DNA from: Gemmatimonadales bacterium
GTDB taxonomy: Bacteria > Gemmatimonadota > Gemmatimonadetes > Gemmatimonadales > GWC2-71-9
NCBI GenBank assembly: GCA_965249575.1
Contig: OZ252244.1
Span: 527,127 to 591,126 of the forward strand
Direction of reading: 5' to 3'
DNA length: 64,000 nt
Numbering within the stretch: position 1 is the stretch's first letter; the number at the start of each line of letters is the position of its first letter. Shown here in pieces: positions 43,572 to 55,724 of the stretch. The notes beneath the pieces were generated by a model. It did not search any database. It was not told where the DNA came from and saw only the letters and a list, made by a program, of their open reading frames with translations. Made by a program: the position numbers and the translations under genes.

Positions 43572-45997
43572 ATGTCGAGCGGTCCCACGGCCCGATCCCG
43601 TAGCCCCTGATCCCCAGTCCCTGACCCCATCACCAACGCCGCGCCGCCGTATAACGCCCCTCCCAGCCAGAGCACAGAGGGTGAGCCAGCCTCGATGGCC
43701 ACCAACGCGGCGAGTGGAGCCGCAACCACCGACGCGAAACCGTTGACCGCCCACGCCCACGCAATGCGCCCTCGGTCCGCTCCCACCAGGAGGCGAAGAC
43801 CCAAGGGAAACGGCACGCCCATGAGCAATGCGGGCGGTGCCACGACGAGCAGTGCTACGAGAGTCCTCAGCCACAGACCTGCCGGCTGCACGACGTGAAC
43901 GACGTCGAGAAGAAACCATCCGTATAGGGCACAACACGCCGCGAGGGAGACGCCGGGAATCCACCCAACGGAAGTTGCGAGGCGATCGGAAAACGCACTC
44001 CCGATACCCGAGAAGACGAGGAACCCGCCGAGTACGGCCGTCACCGCGTAGACCGGGTGGCCCAGCAGCAGGCTCAGCTGTTGAATCGAAGCGATCTCAA
44101 CCGCGAGATACCCGAGACCGATGGCGCCGAAGTAACTCGTGAGCCGCAGGCGTTTCCAGTGTTTCTGAGAACGGCCGTGCGCGGCGGCCGGGAGGAGCAG
44201 GAGCAATGCGGCGATTACCACACTCTGAGCGAGCGTAGCGAGCAGCGCCACATACCCCCATTCGGCAAAGGGCAGCCAGGTACCACGCGCGTTCCGCAAG
44301 AAAGATCCGACGGCACTTGCCCGGACGAAGTGGTGCGGGTACGGCCTCGCGTCGCCCACCGTCGCGATGTCGAACGGGTAGGTCTCGGCGTAGGAGTCCG
44401 CTTCTTGTCGTCCGCTGACAGCGGCCGCCGTGACTCGGTGCAGCACCTGCTCGTCGAGCACGTTGAAGGGTCGAGCGGGCGTTTGGATTCCGGGATACCA
44501 GTCGAGATCGAACCTGCGAGCGGCCGACCACTCGAGTAAGGTGGCGATCTCGCCTGGCGAGAATCCGGACGGCCGAACGAGGATCGTGACCGTCGCCCAG
44601 CTGTGCATGACGACGATCCCGCGCCCCACGGCCTCCGGTCGGAGGGACCTGAGCGCCTCGACGGCCGTCAGGATCTTGCGCGGATTCTCTCGGGCCGGAA
44701 CCGCGAGCCAGCCAGTGACCGCCAGGATGCCGCCCTCCCGGAGCAGCTCGAGATACCCTTCGTAGGCTTCGCGGGTGTGTAAGAAGTCCTCGCTGAGCGA
44801 GTGCACACCGGCGGCCGCGCCGCCCAGCCCGCCCCCGGCGCTCAGAATCACCCGTTCGAAACGCCGATCGGTGCGCGCGGTATAGCTCCTGGCGTCGCCA
44901 ACGACCCATTCGACCGCGGCGCGCCCGCCGGCGGGCATCGGAGGTCCCAGCTCCTGGGTGAGCTGGACGAGCGCCGGTTGTAGCTCGACGGCGGTCACCC
45001 GTTCGGCCCCGTGCCAGAGCGCGCTCCACACCTCCGTGCCGCCACCGGCCCCCAGCACAAGCACCTCGCCGGAGGAACCCACCGCGTACGCGGCGGCGGA
45101 CGGCAGCCAATCCAGCAGCGCGGGTCCCTCGGCGGTAGTCCGTTGCACCGCACCGGCAAGCTCACCATCGACGAAAAGCGCTGTCTGCCGGGGGAAAGGA
45201 CCGTCGTAACCGAGGGACAGCCCGGGCGCGTGTCGAAACGCCCCTGCCTCGACGGCGACTACCCAGCCGGTTGGCCCGGTCCGTTCGGCGATTCGCCGGG
45301 CTCCGGGATACGCCTCTACCTGGGGAAGCCCCTTGTAGGGCGTAACCCCCACGTCCCAGGGCCGGTACCAGAACACGATGAGCGCCGCAGCGAGCGCCAC
45401 GCCGGCGTATAGCCGTCCACGCGCGGCGGGGCCGAACCGGTCCACCGCGAGCATTGCGCCCAACCCGGCCATCACGGACGGAACCGCGAGGGCTCGTTCC
45501 GGCGGGAAAATGCCGAGCGCGATGAGTGACACGAGGGCGCCGAGCGCCGAGCCCGCAAAACTAGCGCCGTAGACGACGCCCGGCCGGTCGGAGTCCCTGC
45601 TGAGTGCGAGCAGCACCGCGAGGGCGCCCGCCCCGAACGGGAGCGCGAGGGTCAGGTACGTCAGTGCGAGCAGCGGCCACTGACCCGAGTCCCAGGCCAG
45701 TTGTGTCGGGTCGAGCGAGATCCGATGCACGATTGTAGGACTGGCGATGAGCAGGACGACGGTCGCGATCGATGCCCAGGGGAACCATCGGCGCGCGCGT
45801 TCGGTCCCGACATCCCCGAGGAGGGAGACGAACGTGCCGCTGGCGCCGAAACCCAGCATGGCGACACCGATCGCCATGTAGGCGAAGTGGTGAAAGTATT
45901 GGATGGCAAAGGCCCGAACGAGCAGGATTTCGTAGGCGAGTGTTCCCGCCGAGATCAGGGCCACGGCCCAAAGCCGAGCCGACAACACGCTACGCAC
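43568..45997 (-). CDS. Spermidine-synthase-like (class I methyltransferase-fold) domain flanked by N- and C-terminal polytopic membrane blocks
   Basis: 809 aa. The GTG start abuts the pcm stop (TGAGTG). The central part reads ..GEVLVLGAGGGTEVWSALWHGAERVTAVELQPALV..WVVGDARSY..FERVILS... There are multiple TM helices on both sides. The last ~20 codons run through a G-rich repeat (43585-43640). Confidence 0.7.
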   Translation of the reverse strand: MRSVLSARLWAVALISAGTLAYEILLVRAFAIQYFHHFAYMAIGVAMLGFGASGTFVSLLGDVGTERARRWFPWASIATVVLLIASPTIVHRISLDPTQLAWDSGQWPLLALTYLTLALPFGAGALAVLLALSRDSDRPGVVYGASFAGSALGALVSLIALGIFPPERALAVPSVMAGLGAMLAVDRFGPAARGRLYAGVALAAALIVFWYRPWDVGVTPYKGLPQVEAYPGARRIAERTGPTGWVVAVEAGAFRHAPGLSLGYDGPFPRQTALFVDGELAGAVQRTTAEGPALLDWLPSAAAYAVGSSGEVLVLGAGGGTEVWSALWHGAERVTAVELQPALVQLTQELGPPMPAGGRAAVEWVVGDARSYTARTDRRFERVILSAGGGLGGAAAGVHSLSEDFLHTREAYEGYLELLREGGILAVTGWLAVPARENPRKILTAVEALRSLRPEAVGRGIVVMHSWATVTILVRPSGFSPGEIATLLEWSAARRFDLDWYPGIQTPARPFNVLDEQVLHRVTAAAVSGRQEADSYAETYPFDIATVGDARPYPHHFVRASAVGSFLRNARGTWLPFAEWGYVALLATLAQSVVIAALLLLLPAAAHGRSQKHWKRLRLTSYFGAIGLGYLAVEIASIQQLSLLLGHPVYAVTAVLGGFLVFSGIGSAFSDRLATSVGWIPGVSLAACCALYGWFLLDVVHVVQPAGLWLRTLVALLVVAPPALLMGVPFPLGLRLLVGADRGRIAWAWAVNGFASVVAAPLAALVAIEAGSPSVLWLGGALYGGAALVMGSGTGDQGLRDRAVGPLDI

Positions 45998-46858
45998 TCA
46001 TCGCAGCCCGCTCAGCATCGGTACAAACCGCACGGGGAGGAGGTTTCGCGTTCGCACGTCGCCATCTTCGTCCTTCTCGACGAGAATGAGGTTCTGTACT
46101 CCGTACACGCTTCCGACCGGAATCACCATCCGGCCGCCCGGTTTGAGCTGTTCGACTAGCGCGGGTGGGATGAAGCCGGCGGCGGCGGTGACGATCACTG
46201 CGTCGAACGGCGCCTCGTCGGGCCAGCCGAAGTGCCCGTCCCCGTGGCGGACGCGGATTTTGTCGTAGCCGAGCCGGGCAAGCCGCTCCCGTGCCGTCGC
46301 CGCGAGAATCTCGAAAATCTCGATCGTGTAGACATCCACCCCGATCGCGGCGAGGACCGAAGCCTGATAACCCGAACCCGTGCCCACCTCGAGAACTTTC
46401 ATTCCCGGCTCGGGGCCCAGTATCTCGGTCATGTAGGCGACGATGTACGGCTGGGATATAGTTTGACCGTGGCCTATCCGCAGGGGATGGTCGCCGTACG
46501 CCCGCCGCCGTTCGCTCTGGGGAACGAACTCATGCCGCGGAACATTCAGCATCGACCCGATTGTGGCCGAATCGGTAACCCCGTGGACGGAGATCAGCTC
46601 TACCATCGCCTCCCGCTGGCCGCGGTATCGACGCGCGTCATCACGGCTGCCGCCACCACCCCGTTGCCCGAAGAGCGCGTCAGACGGGGCGACGAGTGCG
46701 GCGATCGCGAGGGCGAGAACCCCGCCCGCTCGGTTCACGCCCGCCCGGGCCGAGACCTTGACGACCTCGCGCTGGACCAGACGCTCATGGTCGCAATAGG
46801 CGAGCTTCACGACTTCAGTGTGCGACCCGGACGGTCGAGTACTTGGCACCACTCTCAC
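45998..46858 (-). CDS. pcm: Protein-L-isoaspartate O-methyltransferase with signal-like N-terminal extension
   Basis: ..VPRHEFVPQSERRRAYGDHPLRIGHGQTISQPYIVAYMTEIL..VLEVGTGSGYQASVLAAIG..VYTIEI..GDGHFGWPDEAPFDAVIVTAAA..PGGRMVIPVG... The true start may be GTG at 46738 (VNRAGGVLALAIAALVAPSDALFGQ). Confidence 0.88.
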   Translation of the reverse strand: MRVVPSTRPSGSHTEVVKLAYCDHERLVQREVVKVSARAGVNRAGGVLALAIAALVAPSDALFGQRGGGGSRDDARRYRGQREAMVELISVHGVTDSATIGSMLNVPRHEFVPQSERRRAYGDHPLRIGHGQTISQPYIVAYMTEILGPEPGMKVLEVGTGSGYQASVLAAIGVDVYTIEIFEILAATARERLARLGYDKIRVRHGDGHFGWPDEAPFDAVIVTAAAGFIPPALVEQLKPGGRMVIPVGSVYGVQNLILVEKDEDGDVRTRNLLPVRFVPMLSGLR

Positions 46859-46980
46859 ACGGAAACCGCTTCAGCTCCTCGACAAGCATGGCTCACCTCC
46901 ATCTGGGGGTTGGGTGTTCGACTCGCTCCCTTCTGCAGGTTTCGGGTGCGCACCGATTCGTGCGATCGACGCCGCGCGGT

Positions 46981-47943
46981 TCAGTTCCACTTTCGGCCCC
47001 GCAGTTGATCGAGGTTGACGTTCCCGCCGCTCAGCACGCACACAACCTTGGAATCGGGCTCCGCTTCTATGAGGCCGTGTAGCAGGGCCCCAACCGAGGC
47101 AGCGGCCGCGCCCTCCACCAGCACCTTGCAGTGGGACCACACCCACAGCATCGCGTCGAAGATCTCATCGTCGGACAAGGTCACGACTTTTTCGACGCAC
47201 CCCCTCACGACCGCAAATGTATGGTCCCCCACGGTCTTGACCTTGAGGCCGTCGATTGCGCAATCGACCTCGTCGAGGGTGATCAGGTGTCCAGCCTTGA
47301 TGCTCTCCTGCATGGCCGGCGCGCCCGACGACTCGACGCCGATGATGCGGATGGCCGGGTTCAGGCCCTTGAGTGCCATGGCGACCCCGGAGATCAGGCC
47401 TCCGCCACCGATCGGCACGATGACCACGTCGACGTGCGGGTAGTCGTGATAAATCTCCCACCCGAGCGTACCCTGCCCCGCCATGAGCTGCCAGTCGTCG
47501 AAGGGGTGGATGTAGGTGTAGCCGCACTCCTCGACCAACTCCTTTGAGCGTTCGTTGGCCTCGTCCCAGATACGGCCGTGGAGCACGACCTCCGCCCCGT
47601 ACGCACGCGTCGCTTCGATCTTCGAGGGCGTTGCGTTCTCAGCCATGACGACCACCGACCGGATCCCATGCAGCTTTGCCGCCAGAGCGACGCCCTGGGC
47701 GTGGTTTCCCGCCGAGGAGCAAATAACCCCCCTCGCTTTCTCGGACTCGCTCAGTTGTCGGAATTTGTTGAGCGGGCCGCGAATCTTATACGAGCCCGTC
47801 CGCTGAAAGCTCTCCGCCTTCAGACGAACGTCAAACCCCGTGCGCTCGCTGAGGAGCCTGGAGGTGAGCAACGGCGTGCGATAGGCGTGGGCGGAGACGA
47901 AGCGATGGGCCTCCGCGAACACCGACGGGGCCAGCGGGACCAT
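46981..47943 (-). CDS. PLP-dependent threonine ammonia-lyase / serine-threonine dehydratase family
   Basis: The likely start is ATG at 47943 (MVPLAPSVFAEAHRFV..); the track ORF extends to 48138. ..ESFQRTGSYKIRGPLNKF..VICSSAGNHAQGVALAAKLHGI..VIVPIGGGGLISG.. Confidence 0.85.
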   Translation of the reverse strand: MVPLAPSVFAEAHRFVSAHAYRTPLLTSRLLSERTGFDVRLKAESFQRTGSYKIRGPLNKFRQLSESEKARGVICSSAGNHAQGVALAAKLHGIRSVVVMAENATPSKIEATRAYGAEVVLHGRIWDEANERSKELVEECGYTYIHPFDDWQLMAGQGTLGWEIYHDYPHVDVVIVPIGGGGLISGVAMALKGLNPAIRIIGVESSGAPAMQESIKAGHLITLDEVDCAIDGLKVKTVGDHTFAVVRGCVEKVVTLSDDEIFDAMLWVWSHCKVLVEGAAAASVGALLHGLIEAEPDSKVVCVLSGGNVNLDQLRGRKWN

Positions 47944-48083
47944 ATGCCCTCCCGAGGCGTGGCGGCTGGAGTATGCGGATAACGATCGGGATACCCATGA
48001 TAATACTCGCGCCCTTCCGCCACGGCGTGAAGGGCTCGTGGACTTGGCGCGAGGTGAGCAGGTGGCTATTTTGCGAGGCTTCG

Positions 48084-49037
48084 ATGGTTGATCTCTCGTT
48101 ATCGCGCTGTGAGATACTGCTCCTCGCGGGCACGGCAAACGAGCCGCTCGCCCAAGAGATCGCTGAGCGGCTCGGGACCACGCTGTGCGAGGTCACGATG
48201 CGGCGCTTTGCGGACGGTGAGATCTTCGTGCGCATCGATCAGAACGTGCGGGGACGGGACGTTTTCATCGTTCAACCGACTAACCCGCCGGCTGAAAACC
48301 TCGTGGAGCTGTTGCTGTTGATCGATGCGGCCAAGCGGGCCAGTGCCGCGCGGGTGACGGCGGTGATCCCGTATTTCGGCTATGCGCGCCAAGATCGTAA
48401 GGACCAGCCCCGGGTCGCCATCAGCGCGAAGCTCATGGCCAACCTGGTGACGACAGCGGGAGCGGATCGCGTACTGGCCATCGACTTCCACCAACATCAG
48501 CTCCAAGGATTCTTTGACATACCGGTCGACCACATGTACGGAGCCCCGGTGTTCGTGCAGCACTACCGGCAGAAGAAGCTCACAGACTTGGTCGTCGTGG
48601 CTCCCGACGTTGGGAGCGCCAAGATGGCCCGCGGGTTCGCAAAACGACTCCATGCGTCCCTCGCAATCATCGACAAACGCCGTCCGTCAGCCAACGTGGC
48701 CGAAGTGGTGAATGTGGTAGGAGAAGTCGGCGATCGGGACTGCTTGGTCGTGGACGACATGATCGACACGGCCGGGACGATGAGCGAGGCGGCTCATGCC
48801 CTCAAGCGTCTGGGTGCCCGCGACATACACTGTTGTGCCTCCCACGCGTTGCTGTCGGGGCCGGCAGTCGACCGTCTGGCTGGATCGCCCCTGACCGAGC
48901 TCACGGTAACGAACACGATCCTCGTCCCGGAGTCGAGGATGTTTGACCGATTGAAGATCTTGTCGATCGCTCCGCTGTTGTCGCGGGCGATCGCGAACAC
49001 TCATAGCGACCAGTCGGTCAGCTCGCTGTTCGACTGA
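48084..49037 (+). CDS. prs: Ribose-phosphate pyrophosphokinase
   Basis: The likely start is ATG at 48084. ..FADGEIFVRIDQNVRGRDVFIVQPT..IPYFGYARQDRK..VVAPDVGSAKMAR..CLVVDDMIDTAGT.. Confidence 0.92.
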   Translation: MVDLSLSRCEILLLAGTANEPLAQEIAERLGTTLCEVTMRRFADGEIFVRIDQNVRGRDVFIVQPTNPPAENLVELLLLIDAAKRASAARVTAVIPYFGYARQDRKDQPRVAISAKLMANLVTTAGADRVLAIDFHQHQLQGFFDIPVDHMYGAPVFVQHYRQKKLTDLVVVAPDVGSAKMARGFAKRLHASLAIIDKRRPSANVAEVVNVVGEVGDRDCLVVDDMIDTAGTMSEAAHALKRLGARDIHCCASHALLSGPAVDRLAGSPLTELTVTNTILVPESRMFDRLKILSIAPLLSRAIANTHSDQSVSSLFD

Positions 49038-49059
49038 CGGCTGGAGGTACGGTTCCATT

Positions 49060-49728
49060 ATGGCGCAGACGATCACATTGAAGGCCGAGGCCCGCTCCAC
49101 TAAGGGCAAGGGCGCCGCGCGACAGCTTCGCGCCCAGGGAAAAGTCCCGGCGGTCGTGTACGGACATGGACGCACGCCAGAGTCGCTGATCCTGTCCGCC
49201 AGCGACCTCGAGAAAGCCCTGACCGGAGTGTCGGCTGAGAGCACGCTGGTGGACCTCAAGATCGGACGGCAAAGAGTCAAGACCCTCATCCGCGAGGTTC
49301 AGCGTCACCCCACTCGGTCTGAGATCACCCACGTGGACTTCCTCGAGATTCACGCCGACGAGAAGATCAGACTTTCGGTGCCCATTCACCTCGAGGGGAG
49401 CCCGGACGGCGTGCGGAATGCGGGAGGCGTGCTCGACCAAGTGCTCCGGGAAATCGAGATCGAGGTATTGCCGCGAGACATCCCGGAACGCTTCACCCTC
49501 GACGTCACCGAACTCGGTGTGGCCAAATCGCTGCACGTGCGGGACATTGCGCTCGGCGATTTGACGGTGTTGACGGATCGGGATGCGACGGTGTGCACGG
49601 TCATTCCGCCACGAGTCGAGGAAGAGGTGGCGGAACCGGCTGAGGTCGCTCCGGAGGAGGCTGAAGAACCCGAGCTGATCCGCAAGCCGAAGGCGGAAGA
49701 AGAAGGCGAAGCGAGCGACGAGGTCTGA
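49060..49728 (+). CDS. rplY: 50S ribosomal protein L25 / general stress protein Ctc (long form)
   Basis: MAQTITLKAEARSTKGKGAARQLRAQGKVPAVVYGHG.., with an acidic C-terminal tail. Confidence 0.88.
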   Translation: MAQTITLKAEARSTKGKGAARQLRAQGKVPAVVYGHGRTPESLILSASDLEKALTGVSAESTLVDLKIGRQRVKTLIREVQRHPTRSEITHVDFLEIHADEKIRLSVPIHLEGSPDGVRNAGGVLDQVLREIEIEVLPRDIPERFTLDVTELGVAKSLHVRDIALGDLTVLTDRDATVCTVIPPRVEEEVAEPAEVAPEEAEEPELIRKPKAEEEGEASDEV

Positions 49729-49739
49729 ACCTGCGCGCA

Positions 49740-50304
49740 GTGGTCGGTCTCGGAAACCCCGGCCCGGCATACGCGGCGACGCGACACAACGCGGGCTTCA
49801 TGCTAGCCGACATGCTGGCGGTGCGGTGGGATTTGCCGCCCTTCCGGCGTTCGGGGCCTTCGCGGGTAACGCGAGGCACCGTCAACGGCAGCCCGATCGT
49901 TCTCCTCAAGCCCGAAACGTACATGAACCGCAGCGGGCCCGCGCTCCGACCCATGCTCGAGGCCGGCGTCAACCCCAGCCGGGACCTTCTGGTGCTCGTG
50001 GACGACTTTGCGCTGTCCCTGGGGCGATTCCGGCTCCGCGCCCACGGTTCGGCGGGAGGACACAACGGGCTCGAGAGCGTCGAGGAGGTTCTCGACACGC
50101 AGAATTACGCCCGCCTGCGAATCGGGGTGGGCCCGCTCCCCGACTGGCTCGACGACAGCGCCGAGTTCGTACTGTCGCCATTTGAACCCGAAGAGTTCGA
50201 GACGCTCGAAGAGCTCTTGCCTACGCTGATGGATGCCGTCACGTGTTGGATCAGCGAGGGCATCGAGACTGCCATGAACCGATTCAACCGACGAGGTCCC
50301 CAGA

Positions 50305-50312
<8 letters not shown>
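49740..50312 (+). CDS. pth: Peptidyl-tRNA hydrolase
   Basis: [58 protein letters not shown]... The start is GTG at 49740 or CTG at 49731. Confidence 0.9.
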
Positions 50313-52362
<2,050 letters not shown>

Positions 52363-52364
52363 AT

Positions 52365-52440
52365 AGAGAGTAGGGAGTAGGGGCAGGGGCATGGGGAGTG
52401 TTCCTCGTTTCCAGCTCCCGTCCCCTACGCCCTACCCCCT
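52365..52440 (+). terminator. G-rich heptads (AGGGAGT AGGGGCA GGGGCAT GGGGAGT) pairing with a downstream C-rich arm; candidate hppA terminator
   Basis: GGGAGTAGGGGCAGGGGCATGGGGAG..loop..CTCCCGTCCCCTACGCCCTACCCCCTA. It starts 3 nt after the TAG at 52360-52362. No U-tract. Confidence 0.45.
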
Positions 52441-52445
52441 AACCC

Positions 52446-53543
52446 ATGCTTCGCCTCGGGATCGTCGGCCTGCCGAACGTCGGGAAGTCGACGCTCTTCA
52501 GCGCGCTGACGAAGGCGGACGCCCCCGCCGAGAACTACCCCTTCTGCACCGTCGATCCGAACCTCGGGGTCGTACCCGTGCCAGATCCCCGTCTCGACGC
52601 CCTGGTCGAGCTCACGAAACCCGAGAGAGTCATGCCCGCCACAGTGGAGTTCGTCGATATCGCCGGGCTGGTCAGGGGGGCGAGTCGGGGCGAAGGGCTG
52701 GGTAACCAATTTCTCGGCCAAATCCGGCAGGTGGATGCCATCGTGCACGTGCTGCGGTGCTTCGAGGACCCCGACGTGGCGCACGTCATGGGCCCCGTCG
52801 ACCCCATCCGAGATCACGACGTCGTGACCGCAGAGCTGGCCCTCGCCGACCTTGCCGCAGTCGAGCGCCGGATGGAGAAGTCCGGGAAGGCCGCCCGCGG
52901 CGACGACAAGGAAGCCCAGGCCGAGCTCACACTCCTCGAGGCGGCTCAGCGCGAGCTCGACGCGGGCCGTGGCGCCCGGGCGGCAGCCACGGACGAGCGG
53001 GTGCTCCTCCGGTTCAAGCGTTTGGGACTGCTGACCGCGAAGCCGATTCTCTACGCGGCCAACGTAGCGGAGGCGGATCTCGCGACCGGCGGATCATGGG
53101 TGGAGAAGCTCCGGGCAACGGTGCGTGCACACCATGAGGAGGCAGGCATCGTCACGTTCTCCGCTCGGCTGGAAAAGGAGCTCGCGGCGCTCAGCCCGGC
53201 CGAGCAGGCGGAATACCTCTCGGCAAGCGGCGTTGAGGAACCGGGACTCGACCGGCTCATTCACGCCGGGTACCAGCTCCTCGGGCTCCAGACGTTCTTC
53301 ACTGTGGGGGAAAACGAGGTCCGCGCGTGGACGGTTGCCGCCGGGAGCACGGCATATCAGGCAGCCGGTGAGATTCATACCGACTTCCAGCGGGGATTCA
53401 TACGGGCAGAGACCATTGCCGCCGCAGATTTCGTGAAGCTCGGCGGGTACAAGGAGGCACGGGAGGCCGGGGCCACGCGCGCCGAGGGACGCGACTACGT
53501 GCTGCGCGACGGCGACGTCGTGCTATTCAGATTCAACGTCTAG
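52446..53543 (+). CDS. ychF: Redox-regulated ATPase YchF
   Basis: MLRLGIVGLPNVGKSTLFSALT..NYPFCTVDPN..FVDIAGLVRGAS.GEGLGNQFL.. and the C-terminal ..VLRDGDVVLFRFNV. Confidence 0.95.
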   Translation: MLRLGIVGLPNVGKSTLFSALTKADAPAENYPFCTVDPNLGVVPVPDPRLDALVELTKPERVMPATVEFVDIAGLVRGASRGEGLGNQFLGQIRQVDAIVHVLRCFEDPDVAHVMGPVDPIRDHDVVTAELALADLAAVERRMEKSGKAARGDDKEAQAELTLLEAAQRELDAGRGARAAATDERVLLRFKRLGLLTAKPILYAANVAEADLATGGSWVEKLRATVRAHHEEAGIVTFSARLEKELAALSPAEQAEYLSASGVEEPGLDRLIHAGYQLLGLQTFFTVGENEVRAWTVAAGSTAYQAAGEIHTDFQRGFIRAETIAAADFVKLGGYKEAREAGATRAEGRDYVLRDGDVVLFRFNV

Positions 53544-53681
53544 TCCAGTCAGCGGGCTACCGGCATGCGGGGCCCTTGTAGGCCTTTCCCGAGCTACGCA
53601 AGCCGCGTATCTTCTACGCTCACTAACCACCTACTCCGTCCAGCACCGGGACGGGGTCGCCTGAGTCCAAAGGAAGGTGTA

Positions 53682-54098
53682 ATGACTCGTCGCTACGAGA
53701 TCGTCTACATTTTCGACAGTACCCTCGAGGAACAGGAGGTCAACACCCGCCTGGAGCGATTCAATGGGCTCTTGGCCGGCGCGGAGGCCTCCACCCCCGT
53801 GACAGACGTCAGTCATTGGGGCAAGCGCACCCTCGCATACCCGATCAAAGGACGCGACACCGGATACTACGTTGTCGTGCACTTCGAGTCGGTAGCCACG
53901 GCGCTTGGGGAGTTCGAGCGGGCGATTGGGTTGGACGAAGGGGTATTGCGATACCTGCTGGTGCTGAACGAGGGTGAAGCACCCAGGCCGCCGCGGCCAG
54001 ACAGTGACTCAGACCGCGGCACGGGACGAGGCGCGCCTGAGCCCCAAGCGCCTGAGCCCCAAGCGTCGGAGGCCCAAGCGTCGGAGGCCAAGGCATGA
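53682..54098 (+). CDS. rpsF: 30S ribosomal protein S6 with repetitive C-terminal tail
   Basis: The ATG at 53682 follows [62 protein letters not shown]... The tail reads [21 protein letters not shown]. Confidence 0.92.
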   Translation: MTRRYEIVYIFDSTLEEQEVNTRLERFNGLLAGAEASTPVTDVSHWGKRTLAYPIKGRDTGYYVVVHFESVATALGEFERAIGLDEGVLRYLLVLNEGEAPRPPRPDSDSDRGTGRGAPEPQAPEPQASEAQASEAKA

Positions 54099-54316
54099 GA
54101 AGGCCCTCCAAGACCTGTGCGGTATGTGAGTCGGGTGTACGAGTACTCGACTACAAGGACGAGCGAACCCTCACGCGCTTCATTACCGAGCGGGGGAAGA
54201 TCCTGCCCAGCCGCCTGTCCGGCATGTGCTCCCGCCATCAGCGGCAGCTCGGAACCGCAGTCAAGCGGGCACGGCACCTGGCACTCTTGCCCTTTATCAA
54301 AGGGCACGCGGGATAG
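54095..54316 (+). CDS. rpsR: 30S ribosomal protein S18
   Basis: ..[57 protein letters not shown]... The start overlaps the rpsF stop (ATGA). Confidence 0.92.
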   Translation: MRRPSKTCAVCESGVRVLDYKDERTLTRFITERGKILPSRLSGMCSRHQRQLGTAVKRARHLALLPFIKGHAG

Positions 54317-55276
54317 ATGCCGACGTCGTCCGGCGACGAATCCGGGCGAGTGTTGTGGCGCCTGGTTCTCGCGGTCGTCGCTTTCTCGCTGTTTGCCGAA
54401 ACCCCGCTCTTCTTGTTTCCGCTGGCTGCGTTGCTGCTCGTCTCGCGGCCGCAACGGGTCGGCGAGGCCGTGGCATTTGCCGTCGCGGGTGCAGCCAGCG
54501 TCTGGTGGTTGCTTCAGATTGGGGCACCTCCGCAGCAATTGACTCGCTCGGCGGTCCTCATGAGCACCGCCGCCTTCGTCGCGGCCACCACACTTTGGTC
54601 AGGCACGTTTACACACCGGGCACTCCTGGCCATTGCCGCGTCCGCGGTTGCGGTCGGCGGGTGGTTTGTTCCCTTCGGCCGGTCTTGGAACGAGGTGCAT
54701 TGGTGGGTGGAGCATCAATACAACGTGCAAACCGGTGCCTTCTTGGCCGAGCTCCGGCAAATGGCTACTACGAGCGCCGCGGCCAATAGGCTAGTAGTGC
54801 AAGTGGATGCGGTTCTCGAGAGCGCGGTGCGCTTCGTGGCGGACTATTACCCCGCGATACTGGCACTCCAGCTGCTGGCCGGTCTAGCCCTCGCAACGGC
54901 TGTCTACCAACGGATTGCTTCGAGACCGGTCGGACCTGGGCTGGGGCCACTGCGACACTTTCGCTTTTCGGAACACCTGGGCTGGGCTGCCGCGGTGCCG
55001 CTCATCCTGATCGTGACCAGCAAGGCATCGGCCCTCAAGGTCGTGGCCGGCAATCTCCTCCTGGTGCTTGGGATGCTGTACACCTTTCGTGGGGCCGCGG
55101 TTTTCGGTTTTGGGCTGTGGCTCGCAGGTGGAGCTGGCTTGTTCACGACCGCGCTGATCACCATCGTGCTCGTGTTCATGTTGCCGGTCGCCGCCGCCGG
55201 TGCGCTCCTCCTCGGAATCGTCGACGCGGGCATGGATCTCCGCCGACGTTGGCTCACTTCAGCCGCGAGAGACTAG
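54317..55276 (+). CDS. Polytopic membrane protein, DUF2232/YybS-like by position and topology
   Basis: 319 aa with many TM helices. It lies between rpsR and rplI, as YybS-type genes do. The family call is tentative. Confidence 0.5.
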   Translation: MPTSSGDESGRVLWRLVLAVVAFSLFAETPLFLFPLAALLLVSRPQRVGEAVAFAVAGAASVWWLLQIGAPPQQLTRSAVLMSTAAFVAATTLWSGTFTHRALLAIAASAVAVGGWFVPFGRSWNEVHWWVEHQYNVQTGAFLAELRQMATTSAAANRLVVQVDAVLESAVRFVADYYPAILALQLLAGLALATAVYQRIASRPVGPGLGPLRHFRFSEHLGWAAAVPLILIVTSKASALKVVAGNLLLVLGMLYTFRGAAVFGFGLWLAGGAGLFTTALITIVLVFMLPVAAAGALLLGIVDAGMDLRRRWLTSAARD

Positions 55277-55279
55277 GCA

Positions 55280-55723
55280 ATGGATGTGATACTGAGAGAA
55301 GATATCGCCAAGCTCGGACGCACCGGTGAAGTCGTCCGGGTCAAGGATGGGTACGCCCGGAACTACCTTCTCCCTCGGGGTCTGGCATATCATGCTACCG
55401 AAGGCAATCGGCGCCGTCTCCAAGTGGAAGCCACGCAATCCCTGGTGAAGGCGGCAGGTGAGCGTTCGTCGGCCGAAGAGTTCGCGCGCCAGATCGAAGC
55501 CCAATCCCTCACCTTTGCCGCGAAGGCGGGCGAGGGGGACAAGCTCTTTGGATCGATCACGGCCGGCGATATCGGCGAGAAGCTCGCCGAGCTTGGCTTT
55601 ACGATCGATAAGCGGGTCATCGAGCTGGAAGAACCCCTCAAGCTGATCGGTGGGTACACAGTCCCGGTGCGGGTTCACCAGGAGGTCAAAGCCCAACTGC
55701 GAGTGTGGGTCGTGAAGGAGTAG
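55280..55723 (+). CDS. rplI: 50S ribosomal protein L9
   Basis: MDVILREDIAKLGRTGEVVRVKDGYARNYLLPRGLA.. Confidence 0.93.
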   Translation: MDVILREDIAKLGRTGEVVRVKDGYARNYLLPRGLAYHATEGNRRRLQVEATQSLVKAAGERSSAEEFARQIEAQSLTFAAKAGEGDKLFGSITAGDIGEKLAELGFTIDKRVIELEEPLKLIGGYTVPVRVHQEVKAQLRVWVVKE

Positions 55724-55724
55724 C

